Shown here in pieces: positions 30,238-39,896 of a stretch of DNA of 64,000 nucleotides (its first letter is position 1; every line of letters begins with the position of its first letter). The stretch is taken from IMG/VR virus record IMGVR_UViG_3300048999_000173, positions 19,577 to 83,576 of that record; one strand, written 5' to 3'. This stretch comes from a virus. Below the pieces are notes generated by a model. That model did no database searches. It worked only from the letters and a program-made list of their open reading frames with translations, and was not told the DNA's origin. Position numbers and translations under genes: made by a program.

Positions 30238-31343
30238 CCGCGACCGTCCCCGACCGGGTCCTCACCCAGAACGCTCTCACCGGAGCGTGGCTCGCCCTCG
30301 CCCTGCCCGTCACCGACCTCGAGTACGGGGATGAGCTGTCCGGCCCCGGCTCCCTCAGCGGGAAACTCTCCCCCCGCCTCCTGGCCTCCGACCCCCTCGT
30401 CGTCGACCCCGGCAACACCCTCATCTACGTGGAGTCCGCCGGCCAGCTGCAGTGGGGCGGCATCGTCTGGGACGTCCGCGCCCAGGGCAACGACTACGCG
30501 ATCGAAGCCGCCTCCTGGTCGTCGTACCTGCAGCACCGCTACGACTTCGACGGCGAGCACGGCGGCCGCGGCCCCTACACGTACGCCGACCGCTGCCAGG
30601 TCATCCGCAACATCTGGACCTACGCCCAGTCCATCGCCGACGGCGGCCTGGGCGTCATCGTCGATTCGACGACCTCCACCTCCACCATCGGCACCCCGGA
30701 CGACGTCTACCGCTCCAACTGGTGGGAGAACCCGTGCCTGGGGGACCAGGTCGACGACCTCGTCTCCGGGGACGCCGTCCCTGACTACACGTGCGCCACC
30801 GCCTGGAACACCGCGCGCACTGGCACGGTGAAACGGATCCGGCTGGGCTGGCCCCGCCTGGGCGCGCGCCGCACCGACATCGAGTTCTCCTCCGGCGTCA
30901 ACATCATCGAAGACCCCGAGGACGCCCTCGCCGGCGACGACTACGCCCAGGTCGTCCAGGCCGCGGGTGCGGGGGAGGGCCGGTCCCGGCTGCGGCAGAT
31001 CTCCGCCGTCCGCAACGGACGGCTGCGCCTGGAGTCCGTCCTTGACCTGCCCGACGTCAACGGCAACGACATCCTGAAGGCCCGCGCGGACGAGGAACGC
31101 ACCTGGCGGCAGACCACGGTGAAGGGCTCCGTCGACGAGGTCACCATCCGCGACACCCCGGCCGCACCGTTCGGCTCCTACCAGATCGGCGACGACGTCT
31201 ACACCCGCGTCCACAACCCGTGGACCTCCTACACCGGCTGGTCCCGCATCACCGGCTTCACCCGCAAACCGCAGGCGCAGGGCGGCCCCCAGACCGTCAT
31301 CAGCCTCAAGCCCGCCGACTCCTTCCAGTACGGGGGCGTGTGA
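30234..31343 (+). CDS. tail tip hub (Tal-like) minor tail protein
   Basis: ELSGPGSLSG, WGGIVW, AGAGEG, YQIGDDV. Confidence 0.75.
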   Translation: MTATVPDRVLTQNALTGAWLALALPVTDLEYGDELSGPGSLSGKLSPRLLASDPLVVDPGNTLIYVESAGQLQWGGIVWDVRAQGNDYAIEAASWSSYLQHRYDFDGEHGGRGPYTYADRCQVIRNIWTYAQSIADGGLGVIVDSTTSTSTIGTPDDVYRSNWWENPCLGDQVDDLVSGDAVPDYTCATAWNTARTGTVKRIRLGWPRLGARRTDIEFSSGVNIIEDPEDALAGDDYAQVVQAAGAGEGRSRLRQISAVRNGRLRLESVLDLPDVNGNDILKARADEERTWRQTTVKGSVDEVTIRDTPAAPFGSYQIGDDVYTRVHNPWTSYTGWSRITGFTRKPQAQGGPQTVISLKPADSFQYGGV

Positions 31344-31344
31344 C

Positions 31345-33444
31345 GTGGACATCGGCAAGGAACTCGTCCGCCTCCAGAAGCAGGTCACCACCCTGCAGCG
31401 CTCCCCGCGCCTTAACCACGCCTCCATCGAGGACACGGCCATCCTGGTCAACGACGGCACGGGGAGCCTGCGCGGCATCATCGGCGTCCAGGCGGACGGC
31501 ACCACCGCGGTGAACGTCGTCAACGGACCGCCCCCGCCCCAGACGTCCGCGCCGATCGTCGCCTCCGTCCTCGGCGGCGTCACCGTCTCCTGGGACGGCC
31601 TCTTCGCCGGCGGCGCCGTCATCCCCCTGGACTGGGCCCGCGTCGAAGTCCACGCCTCCATCACCCCCGTCTACGACCCAATCGCCGCCACCCTGCAGGG
31701 CACCATCGAGACCGCGCAGGGCGCCACCGTCGTCGTCCCCTGCGACACACCCGTATACGTCCGCCTGGTGGCCCGCAACACCTCCGGCACCGCATCCACG
31801 CCCTCGGACACCGTGGGACCGCTCGGGCCGATCGCTGTGGTCGCCGACGACATCCTGGACGGCATCGTCACCACGGCGAAGCTCGCCGACGACGCGGTCA
31901 CCGCAGCGAAGGTCGCCACCGGCGCCATCGACGTGGACGCCCTCGCCGCCGCCGCCGTGACAGCGGCGGCCATCGCCGCGGACGCCGTCACGGCGACCGC
32001 GATCGCCGCCGGAGCGGTCGGCAGCACGGAACTCACCGCGGCCGCCGTCACCGCCGCGAAGATCGCCGCCGGAGCCGTCATCGCGGGCAAGTTGGACGCG
32101 GCCAGTGTCGTCGCCGGGAACATCGCCGCCGCCGCCGTCCAGGCCGGGAACCTGGCCGCGAACAGCGTCCAGGCGGGGAACATCGCCGCCAACGCCGTCC
32201 AGGCCGGCACCGTCGACGCGAACGCCATCACCGCCCGAGAAATCGCCGCACTCGCCGTCACCGCCGGGAAGATCGCCGCGAACGCGGTCACCGCGGGCAC
32301 CATCAACGCGGGCGCCGTCACCACCGCCAGCCTCGCCGCCGGATCCGTCGACGCCACCGCCCTGTCCGCAACCGCCATCACCGGCAAGACCATCACCGGC
32401 GGCACCGTCACCGGCGCCCTCATCCAGACCGCCGCGTCCGGCCAGCGCATCACCCTCAACGAGTCCTCCGCCAACAAGATCCTCGTCTACAACGCCTCCG
32501 GCACCGCCATCGGGGAACTGTCCGCCAGCGGACTCCTCGTCAAGGGCACCAACGGGTCGGTGCTCCAACTGGACCCGAACGCCACGTACCCGAACTTCAA
32601 ACTGACCAACGCAGCCGGCACCAATGCAGCCGTCATCAACGTCGTCGGCACCAACGCCTTCATGGGCCTGAACTCCGGTCTCTTCACCTCCGGCGCAGTC
32701 ACGGACTGGAAATGGCGGACCCTCTTCGGCAGCGACGGCACCAACGAGATATGGGTAGCAGAACGCGTCCGGGACTCCAGCACCAGCACCTACCTCGGCG
32801 GCCGCGTCCTTCTAGACGCCAGCCACGCCGTCATCGGCTTCGGCGACAGCAGCGGCGCCAGCCCGGACAACTACCTCCGGCTGTACTCCGGACTCTCCCA
32901 GTTCCTGTCGAGCCGTCTCGAGGTATTCGCCCCGGCCTCCAGTAGCAGCACCTTCTACCTCCAGGCCGACTCCGGCCAGACCGGGAACCTGCTGCGCATC
33001 AACGTCGGCGCGACCTCGGACAAGTTCACCGTCGACAAGGACGGCAACGTCACCGCCGCCGGGGACGTCACCTCAACCCCCATCAAGACCACCACCGGGC
33101 TCACCGCGGGCAGCGGCTTCACCATCAACACCGGCGGCTTCACCGGCTACAAGGTCGGCAAACAGGTCGTCATCGACATGTACCTCCACCGCTCGGGCAC
33201 CACCATCACCTCCAGCAGCGGCAACATCACCGACACGACGGTCGCGACCCTTCCCGCCGGATGGCGGCCCACCAGCGGCACCATCAACGCCGCCTGGGAC
33301 GACGGCACCACCTCCGGCGGCTGGGTCGTCGGCACCGACGGCATCTGCACCCTGCGCACCAGCATCAGCGACATCGTCGGCGACGCCACCACCGCCGGAT
33401 CCGGGCGCAACCTGCGCTTCCACATCGCCTTCATCCAGGACTAG
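31345..33444 (+). CDS. tail fibre / receptor-binding protein
   Basis: FnIII-like N-terminal part, 10-aa AVTAAKIAAG repeats, C-terminal LPAGWRP domain. Confidence 0.8.
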   Translation: MDIGKELVRLQKQVTTLQRSPRLNHASIEDTAILVNDGTGSLRGIIGVQADGTTAVNVVNGPPPPQTSAPIVASVLGGVTVSWDGLFAGGAVIPLDWARVEVHASITPVYDPIAATLQGTIETAQGATVVVPCDTPVYVRLVARNTSGTASTPSDTVGPLGPIAVVADDILDGIVTTAKLADDAVTAAKVATGAIDVDALAAAAVTAAAIAADAVTATAIAAGAVGSTELTAAAVTAAKIAAGAVIAGKLDAASVVAGNIAAAAVQAGNLAANSVQAGNIAANAVQAGTVDANAITAREIAALAVTAGKIAANAVTAGTINAGAVTTASLAAGSVDATALSATAITGKTITGGTVTGALIQTAASGQRITLNESSANKILVYNASGTAIGELSASGLLVKGTNGSVLQLDPNATYPNFKLTNAAGTNAAVINVVGTNAFMGLNSGLFTSGAVTDWKWRTLFGSDGTNEIWVAERVRDSSTSTYLGGRVLLDASHAVIGFGDSSGASPDNYLRLYSGLSQFLSSRLEVFAPASSSSTFYLQADSGQTGNLLRINVGATSDKFTVDKDGNVTAAGDVTSTPIKTTTGLTAGSGFTINTGGFTGYKVGKQVVIDMYLHRSGTTITSSSGNITDTTVATLPAGWRPTSGTINAAWDDGTTSGGWVVGTDGICTLRTSISDIVGDATTAGSGRNLRFHIAFIQD
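31861..32420 (+). repeat. 30-bp/10-aa coding tandem repeats in the fibre
   Basis: AVTAAKIAAG / AVQAGNIAAN units, roughly 17 copies. Confidence 0.75.
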
Positions 33445-33455
33445 GGAGACCATCC

Positions 33456-33746
33456 GTGCTGACCAAACCGACCGACGGCACCTTCAACAGACTCACCGTG
33501 AAGGTCAACGGCGGACCCGACGAAGACGCCATGGACTCCTTCCCGATCCCGCTCGCCTTCGACAGCTTCTCCGTCGACAACCTCACCGACGACGACCTCA
33601 ACGCCATCATCGACATCATCGTGAACCGGATCCGTACCGCCCGACCCGACTACACCGTGACCGTCTCGAGGGCCTGGACCGGAGCCCGCAGCGAGCCCTT
33701 CCAGACCGTGTACACACCGCCTCCCGCCGATCAGCCCACCGAGTAG
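33456..33746 (+). CDS. hypothetical protein (possible fibre chaperone)
   Basis: GGGAG RBS, GTG start. Confidence 0.6.
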   Translation: MLTKPTDGTFNRLTVKVNGGPDEDAMDSFPIPLAFDSFSVDNLTDDDLNAIIDIIVNRIRTARPDYTVTVSRAWTGARSEPFQTVYTPPPADQPTE

Positions 33747-33898
33747 AACGAGGCTGGGGCAACACCGGCCACACCAGGCCGTAGCCTGATCAAAGGGTGA
33801 CCCTCCACCCCCCTGGCACCGCCCCCCGAGGGACGGCCGCACCATAGCGGCCCGCCACCAATTCACCTGGGCGCGGGGAGATCCAGGAGTACGGGCGC

Positions 33899-34726
33899 GT
33901 GCCCGACCTCAAGATCAAGCGGTATGACGTAGGGCCGCGGCTCGGCCGCCACATGGTCCTCGACCCCCGCAGCCTCGCCTACCGCCGCCCCTACTCGGGT
34001 GAAGTCCTCAAGCCGGTCGAGTGGGCGCCCAAGGTGCCCGTCCTGGACCAGGAAGACCTCCTCGCCCAGGGCATCAGCGTCGCCGCGATGTTCCCCGGCA
34101 TGGAGGACGTTGACGCCCTCGGCTCGTGCACCGGGAACGCGGGCACCGAGCTCGCCTCGATCCTCCACGACGCCCGCGCCCTCAAGGACGCGGGCCTGGA
34201 CGTCGCCGACCCGGTGAACGCCGAGAAGTGGGCGATCGGCCTGTACTCCGACGGCAGCCAGCGCGACCAGTGGCTGGACGTGTCCTTCCCCACCACCGAC
34301 TGCGGCTCATCCGGCCTCGGCATCGCCAAGGCTCTGCGCGGCCGCGGCCTCGCCGACCAGTACGGGCCCGCCACCACCGGCCTCGAGCTGTGCCGCGACC
34401 TCGCCAACGGCGGCGTCCTCGCCGGACTGCCCTGGTACCAGGCGTGGTTCGAGCCCGTCGGCGCCTCCGCGCTCCTGGACGACATCCCGAACTGGGAGAG
34501 GTCGCCGATCGCCGGGGGCCACGAACTGTGCATCACCGCCCTCGAGTCGGTCCGGCAGACCGCCAGCGGTCGCCTCGACTACAAGCGCACGATCATCCGC
34601 CTGCGCAACCACTGGTCTCGATCTTGGGGCGACGAGGGCGAGTTCCGCATGTCGCTGGCCATCTACCAGCGCCTCCGTAAGCAGATCGACCTCATCCAGC
34701 CCCGTCTCGACAGCTCTCGCAGCTGA
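33899..34726 (+). CDS. papain-like (C1-family) cysteine protease
   Basis: VLDQ...LGSCTGNA (Cys), GGHELC (His), RNHWSRSWGDEG (Asn). Confidence 0.8.
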   Translation: MPDLKIKRYDVGPRLGRHMVLDPRSLAYRRPYSGEVLKPVEWAPKVPVLDQEDLLAQGISVAAMFPGMEDVDALGSCTGNAGTELASILHDARALKDAGLDVADPVNAEKWAIGLYSDGSQRDQWLDVSFPTTDCGSSGLGIAKALRGRGLADQYGPATTGLELCRDLANGGVLAGLPWYQAWFEPVGASALLDDIPNWERSPIAGGHELCITALESVRQTASGRLDYKRTIIRLRNHWSRSWGDEGEFRMSLAIYQRLRKQIDLIQPRLDSSRS

Positions 34727-34762
34727 CCTCCGTCTTCCCCCGCCCTGACCTAGGAGACCGAC

Positions 34763-36022
34763 ATGGGCGAGCTCCGCCCCATCGAGGACGACATCACCCA
34801 GGATCGCCAAGCAGCGCTCCTCACCAGCAGCGGCAACGGTCCGACCGTCGACAACGAGGAAGCCCTCCTCGCAGCCGAGTTCGGGCCCGCCGACGCCCGC
34901 GGCGTCTACGGTGCCCCCACCGAACCGCCGCCCGCAGCGCCCGAACCGGCGACGGACGACGGACCGCGCACCCTCGGCGGGAACACCGGCGGCCTCGAGG
35001 CCATGATCTCCGCCTACGAGGCGTGGCTCGGCACCGGTGAACCCAACGCCATCCAGGTGTGGTACCGCGAACGCAACGGCAACGCCTACTCCGGGAACTT
35101 CGCCTGGTGCGACGCCACCACCACCATCAGCGCGTACGCCAGCGACAACTACGAAGCGGTCTGCTTCGGCACCGACTACGCCTACACCGTCGCCCACGCC
35201 GCCCGCTTCAACGCCGCCAAGCAGTGGACGCCGATGAAGAACGGCATCCTCAAGTCCGGCATCCGCCGCGGCGACATCATCTTCTTCGACTGGGACGGCT
35301 CCAGCGAGATCGGCGCCATCGACCACGTCGGCATCGTCACCAGCGTCTCCACCGACGGCCAGTACGTGTACACGATCGAGGGCAACACCGCGAACGTGTG
35401 CGCCCGACGGGTCCGCGTGGTCCACGACATCGCCGGCTTCGGCCGCCCCAAGTACGCCACCCCCGGCGGCGTCACCGCCTCCACCCCGGCCCGATACCAG
35501 GTCACCATCAACGGCCTGGCCTACGGCTACGGCGCCTCCGGCGCCCACATCACGGCCGTCCGTGCCGCGCTCGCCAAGGACGGCTTCGGGAAGACCACCA
35601 GCAGTTCCTCCACCACCTGGTCGGACGCGGACACCAAGAACTACAGCGCCTTCCAGAAATCCCTGGGCCTCAAGGGCACCGCGCCGGGGCAGGACGCCGA
35701 CGGCGTCCCGGGCGCCTCCTCTCTGACCAAGCTCCTCGGGAAGCTGCCCGCCAAGCCCGCACCGAACGTCGTCTACGCGCCGTTCCCCGGCGAAGGCTTC
35801 TTCCACGCCGGCCGCCACAGTCCGCTCATCACCGCCATGGGCCGCCGCCTGGTGGCCCTCGGCTTCGGCAGGCACTACACCAGCGGGCCCGGCCCGAACT
35901 GGACCAACGCCGACCGCGCGAACGTCCGCGACTTCCAGCTGTCCCGCGACGACCTGAAGGGCGACGCCGACGGCTACCCGGGCCCGAAGACGTGGGCCGC
36001 CCTCAAGGTCCCCAAGATCTGA
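34763..36022 (+). CDS. endolysin: CHAP domain plus two peptidoglycan-binding-like domains
   Basis: AWCDAT, GDIIFFDWDG, DHVGIV, TIEGNT; FQ..LGL...ADGVPG and FQ...ADGYPGPKTW. Confidence 0.9.
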   Translation: MGELRPIEDDITQDRQAALLTSSGNGPTVDNEEALLAAEFGPADARGVYGAPTEPPPAAPEPATDDGPRTLGGNTGGLEAMISAYEAWLGTGEPNAIQVWYRERNGNAYSGNFAWCDATTTISAYASDNYEAVCFGTDYAYTVAHAARFNAAKQWTPMKNGILKSGIRRGDIIFFDWDGSSEIGAIDHVGIVTSVSTDGQYVYTIEGNTANVCARRVRVVHDIAGFGRPKYATPGGVTASTPARYQVTINGLAYGYGASGAHITAVRAALAKDGFGKTTSSSSTTWSDADTKNYSAFQKSLGLKGTAPGQDADGVPGASSLTKLLGKLPAKPAPNVVYAPFPGEGFFHAGRHSPLITAMGRRLVALGFGRHYTSGPGPNWTNADRANVRDFQLSRDDLKGDADGYPGPKTWAALKVPKI

Positions 36023-36062
36023 CCACCCCCTCCACCCCCACCAACCACCAAGGAGGCCCGTC

Positions 36063-36434
36063 GTGGCCGCATCACCCGTCAAGATCTTCGGCAGAGAGCC
36101 GTCCGTCATCCTCGGCGCGTTCGCGATCGTCGTGCAGTTCGTGTCCGCGTTCGTCATCAACGTCTCCCAGGACACCCAGACCGCCATCAACGCGGCCGCG
36201 GCCGCGGTCATCGGCTTCGCGGTGGCCTACATGGTCAAGGACGAGGGCACCTTCGCCGCGTTCACCGGCCTCGGGCAGGCCGCGCTCGCGCTCGCGATGA
36301 ACATGGGCCTGCACTGGTCGGGCGACAAGCAGACCGCGTTCATGGCGCTGTTCACCATCGTCGGCCAGTTCTGGCTGGTCAGGGACCGGGTCACCGCACC
36401 CGTCTCGAAGGAACAGCTCCGGCTCGCTGCCTGA
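36063..36434 (+). CDS. holin
   Basis: KIFGREP start, 4 TMs, VRDRVTAP end; directly after the lysin. Confidence 0.8.
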   Translation: MAASPVKIFGREPSVILGAFAIVVQFVSAFVINVSQDTQTAINAAAAAVIGFAVAYMVKDEGTFAAFTGLGQAALALAMNMGLHWSGDKQTAFMALFTIVGQFWLVRDRVTAPVSKEQLRLAA

Positions 36435-36507
36435 CATGAGAATCCGACTCGCTGGCGTCTGTCTGGCAGCAGCCGCCAGCGAGCCCCCACCCACAAGGAG
36501 CGGCACC

Positions 36508-36840
36508 GTGAACGAGCTCCTGGGCATCGACGTCGCGCAAGGCGGCGCCGTAGCCCTCGTCACGCTGGTCGTGCTGCTCATCTTCTTCGGCAAACTCGTC
36601 CCCCGCCGCATCGTCGACGACGTCCGCGCCGATCGCAACGACCGCATCGCCGAACTGGCGGCGGAGCGCGATACGTGGCGCAACGCCTACGTGGAGAGCG
36701 AGAAGGCGCACAGGCAGTCGCAGAACCAGGTCGACGAGCTGCTGGAACTGTCCCGAGCAGCCGACCACGTGCTGCGTTCGCTACGAGGGGAGGTGCCCGG
36801 GGATGCGATGGATAAGCCGGTTGCTGCACCGCCGTCCTAA
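36508..36840 (+). CDS. lysis-cassette membrane protein (1 TM plus coiled coil)
   Basis: AAGGAG RBS; TM then GKLVPRR, coiled coil. Confidence 0.7.
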   Translation: MNELLGIDVAQGGAVALVTLVVLLIFFGKLVPRRIVDDVRADRNDRIAELAAERDTWRNAYVESEKAHRQSQNQVDELLELSRAADHVLRSLRGEVPGDAMDKPVAAPPS

Positions 36841-37042
36841 GCCCACCCCCACGCGCCCGGAGAACGCCACGCCAGGGCAACAGGCCGCCGAGAAGGCCCT
36901 GTTCCGCGCCCAGAATGCCCGCCGGGAAGCCGAGTCGCGCGGGCCCGCCGTCACCGAGGTCGCCAGACGCCTCGCGCGTGAGCGACAGCAAAACCACTTC
37001 GCGGAGATGTTCCGCAACGCCCTGGAGGGAGGCCACCACTGA
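36803..37042 (+). CDS. small basic lysis-cassette protein
   Basis: GGAGGT RBS; RQQNHFAEMF. Confidence 0.65.
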   Translation: MRWISRLLHRRPKPTPTRPENATPGQQAAEKALFRAQNARREAESRGPAVTEVARRLARERQQNHFAEMFRNALEGGHH

Positions 37043-37389
37043 TGGACTGCGCACAAGTCGCCAACACAGCCGCATCAAGCCTGGTCGCCCTATGCAGCCT
37101 GGTCTTCGCTGCGGTGTACCACCGGAGAGCCCCCTGGAGATCGACTCCGGTGGGACGCCACCTCATGATCTTCACCCTGGCCATAGGCGCGCTAGGCGCC
37201 TACACCGTCATCGTCACGGCCTGGCCCGACGGCCCCGTCGCCACCGTGCTGCGCTTCGCCCGCACCCTGCTCCTCCTGCTGATCGCCGTCCTGGTCATGC
37301 AACGCACTCGCATGGTCGTCATCGCACAGCACCCCCACCCGGAACAGGGAACCCAACCTGACCGAACCGGTCCGCAAGAACTGGAGTGA
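37042..37389 (+). CDS. putative holin-like 3-TM protein
   Basis: PWRSTPVGRHLM motif, 3 TMs. Confidence 0.7.
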   Translation: MDCAQVANTAASSLVALCSLVFAAVYHRRAPWRSTPVGRHLMIFTLAIGALGAYTVIVTAWPDGPVATVLRFARTLLLLLIAVLVMQRTRMVVIAQHPHPEQGTQPDRTGPQELE

Positions 37390-37395
37390 CACACC

Positions 37396-37833
37396 ATGGC
37401 CACCATCACCTTCAACGTAGCCCTCGGGCGGGCCTCCGCGCTGGCCGCACTGCCCGCCGCGAGCGACGCACTCATCCTGATCCCGCTGGAGTCCAGCGGG
37501 CTGGAGAGCGACGCGGTCCTGAAGGACAAGGACACCTTCGCCGACGTTGTCTCGGGCACCACCAACGAGCAGACCAGCGTCGGCCGCAAGACCCTGTCGG
37601 GCATCACGGTCACGGTCAACGACACCCTCGACCGCGTAGAAGTCGACGCCGCGGACGTGTCCTGGACGTCGCCGACCGGGAACCCCGTCGGAGCGGCGGT
37701 GATCGTCTACGACCCGGACGCCACCACCGGCACGGACGCCGATCTGATCCCCGTTACCAAGGCCGATGTGGTGTGGTCGCCGGACGGCACCACCTTCACC
37801 CTGGCCATCGCCGACTTCTTCCGGGCCAGCTAG
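37396..37833 (+). CDS. virion fibre-module structural protein
   Basis: Beta-rich; DAADVSWTS..GAAVIVYD. Confidence 0.65.
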   Translation: MATITFNVALGRASALAALPAASDALILIPLESSGLESDAVLKDKDTFADVVSGTTNEQTSVGRKTLSGITVTVNDTLDRVEVDAADVSWTSPTGNPVGAAVIVYDPDATTGTDADLIPVTKADVVWSPDGTTFTLAIADFFRAS

Positions 37834-37844
37834 GCCCAACCGCC

Positions 37845-39089
37845 GTGACGACCTTCACCGACGACTTCAACAGGGCCAACTCCACCGACCTGGGGGCCAA
37901 CTGGGTTGAGGTGTCCGGCGACTGGTCGATCGTCTCGAACCAACTCTCCCCGGGCGCGGCGGGCGGCACGATCATCCTGCGTGCCACCGGTGCGATGGCC
38001 AGCAGCGACCACTTCGCGCAGGTCACGATCGCCGCAACAACGTCGGCGTCCCAAGGTGTGTGGTGCCGCGGCAACAGCAACATCAGCCAGGGCTACCTGC
38101 TGCGCAACAACGGCACCTCGTGGGACCTGTTCTCCGTCGTCGGCGCATCCTTCGTCGTCATCGGCACCTACACGGCAGCAGCAGCACCAGGCGACGTGGC
38201 GAAGATCCAGGCCGTCGGAAGCCTCATCAAGGGGTTCATCAACGGGATCGAACGGATCAGCGTCACGAACACTGCCGTCACGGCAGGCACCAGCGTCGGG
38301 ATTCGCTCCGACTCGGCCGGCGCCGTCAAGTACGACAACTTCTCCGCCGGAGACGTCACCGCAGGAGCGACCCTCGGCACCGCCAGCAGCACCGAGACCG
38401 CCCAACCGCTTACCGGCGCGAAGGCGGACACGCTCAACACTGCCACGGAAACTGACGCCGCGCAGGGCCTCACCGGATCCAAGGCAAGCACCCTCGGCAC
38501 CGCCAGCGCCTCCGAATCTGCCCAGCCGCTCACAGGCTCCAAGGCGGCCACGCTCGCCGCCGCCGGAGAAACGGAGGCTGCGCAGCCCCTCACCGGCGCC
38601 AAGTCCGCAGCCCTCGCCCCGGCTGTCGAGCACGACGCGGCGCAGGACGTCGCCGGGGGCAAGACGGCCACCCTCGACGTCGCCGGTACCACCGAAACCG
38701 CTCAGCCCCTCACCGGAACCAAGACGACCGGTCTCGCGCCAGCCGGCGAACAGGACACCGCCCAGGGCCCCGTTGGGGCGAAGACGGCCACGCTCGACGT
38801 TGCGACCTCCGTCGAAGCCGCGCAACCTCTCACCGGGTTCGTCCCTGAGGTGCTCGGGACGGCCACTGATGTTGAGACGGCCCTGCCGCTCACCGGCTCC
38901 AAGACCGCCGCACTCGGGACCGCAGTCGAAGCCGACACAGCGCACCCCCTCACCACACCGTCCACCACCATCCCCAGCCCGGAACGCACGTACAAGATCC
39001 CGGCCGAGCCCCGGCGTCTCGCCGTGGCCGCCGAGAACCGGCGATACGCCGTGCCTGCCGAGCACCGCACCCTGATCGTTCGGAGGTAG
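37845..39089 (+). CDS. fibre-like protein: lectin-like head, ten 20-aa repeats, 9-aa repeat tail
   Basis: FTDDFNRANS...YDNFSAG; repeats xTLxxAxxxExAQPLTGxKx; tail RxYxVPAE. Confidence 0.7.
   Translation: MTTFTDDFNRANSTDLGANWVEVSGDWSIVSNQLSPGAAGGTIILRATGAMASSDHFAQVTIAATTSASQGVWCRGNSNISQGYLLRNNGTSWDLFSVVGASFVVIGTYTAAAAPGDVAKIQAVGSLIKGFINGIERISVTNTAVTAGTSVGIRSDSAGAVKYDNFSAGDVTAGATLGTASSTETAQPLTGAKADTLNTATETDAAQGLTGSKASTLGTASASESAQPLTGSKAATLAAAGETEAAQPLTGAKSAALAPAVEHDAAQDVAGGKTATLDVAGTTETAQPLTGTKTTGLAPAGEQDTAQGPVGAKTATLDVATSVEAAQPLTGFVPEVLGTATDVETALPLTGSKTAALGTAVEADTAHPLTTPSTTIPSPERTYKIPAEPRRLAVAAENRRYAVPAEHRTLIVRR
38368..38955 (+). repeat. 60-bp degenerate coding tandem repeat x10
   Basis: CAGCCCCTCACCGG-like core recurring every 60 nt. 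Confidence 0.8.
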
Positions 39090-39094
39090 TCCGC

Positions 39095-39409
39095 GTGTCC
39101 GACTTCGTCGTGGTCCGCGTGGCCAACAACTACGTCAAGAGCTACATCAAGGACCCCACAGCACGGCTGGACTACACCTGGGACTGGGCGAAGTGGCTGG
39201 ACGATATCGACGACACCATCGGCACCGCGACCGTCGCGCTGCCCGAGGGCCTCACGGCCGTTGGGGACCCCGTCGTGAACGGCGCTTTCGTCACCCAGGT
39301 GGTTGAGGACGGGGACCTCGGAAGCGTCTACAGGATGATCTGCCACATCACCACGGAGGGCGGACGTGTCGACCAGCGGTCGATCTACCTGACGATCGGC
39401 GACCGCTGA
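39095..39409 (+). CDS. fibre adaptor protein (KDP...LDY.WDW type)
   Basis: KDPTARLDYTWDW...ITTEGGRVDQRSI. Confidence 0.7.
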   Translation: MSDFVVVRVANNYVKSYIKDPTARLDYTWDWAKWLDDIDDTIGTATVALPEGLTAVGDPVVNGAFVTQVVEDGDLGSVYRMICHITTEGGRVDQRSIYLTIGDR

Positions 39410-39444
39410 CCGGCAGCGGGCCCGGGCGTACGTACGATGGCCGC

Positions 39445-39609
39445 ATGACCAGCACTTCACCGATGCCCGTCCCGCCCGCGCCGGTGTGCTCGCCCGCCCA
39501 GGTCGGCCCGTGCACGGGCTGCGGGTACCCCACCCACCGCTACGGGCCCGGCGGCTGCCCGCTCTGTGTGGTGTGCCTCTCCGCCCTGGAGACGGCGCGC
39601 GGCAAGTAG
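39445..39609 (+). CDS. small zinc-finger protein (54 aa, not in ORF track)
   Basis: GPCTGCGYPTHRYGPGGCPLCVVC; TACGAT -10-like hexamer just upstream. Confidence 0.6.
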   Translation: MTSTSPMPVPPAPVCSPAQVGPCTGCGYPTHRYGPGGCPLCVVCLSALETARGK

Positions 39610-39645
39610 GCGGCGGAGTGCCGTTGTAAGTGCGGCGGCGTAGCG

Positions 39646-39885
39646 CTACTTCTTGGTGGCCGCCCGGGTGCTGCGGATGATGGCCAGGCAGTCCGGGCAC
39701 CACCGTTCGCCCGGCTTGTCCAGACTCAACGGCACATCCTGCTTCGGCGGCGGGAAAACGATGCCGTCAGTGGTGGAGCAGGCGATGCCCTGGAACTCCT
39801 CCGAGACTCGGCCGACGGGCTTGTGCCAGACGATCGACTCCTCCCAGACGGTTGCTCCTTGGGCGCGTTCGCGTGTTGCCAGCAT
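39646..39885 (-). CDS. small protein with WH...C...CxxC motif
   Basis: AAGGA RBS; WHKP, IACS, WCPDC. Confidence 0.6.
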   Translation of the reverse strand: MLATRERAQGATVWEESIVWHKPVGRVSEEFQGIACSTTDGIVFPPPKQDVPLSLDKPGERWCPDCLAIIRSTRAATKK

Positions 39886-39896
39886 GGTCGGTGTCC

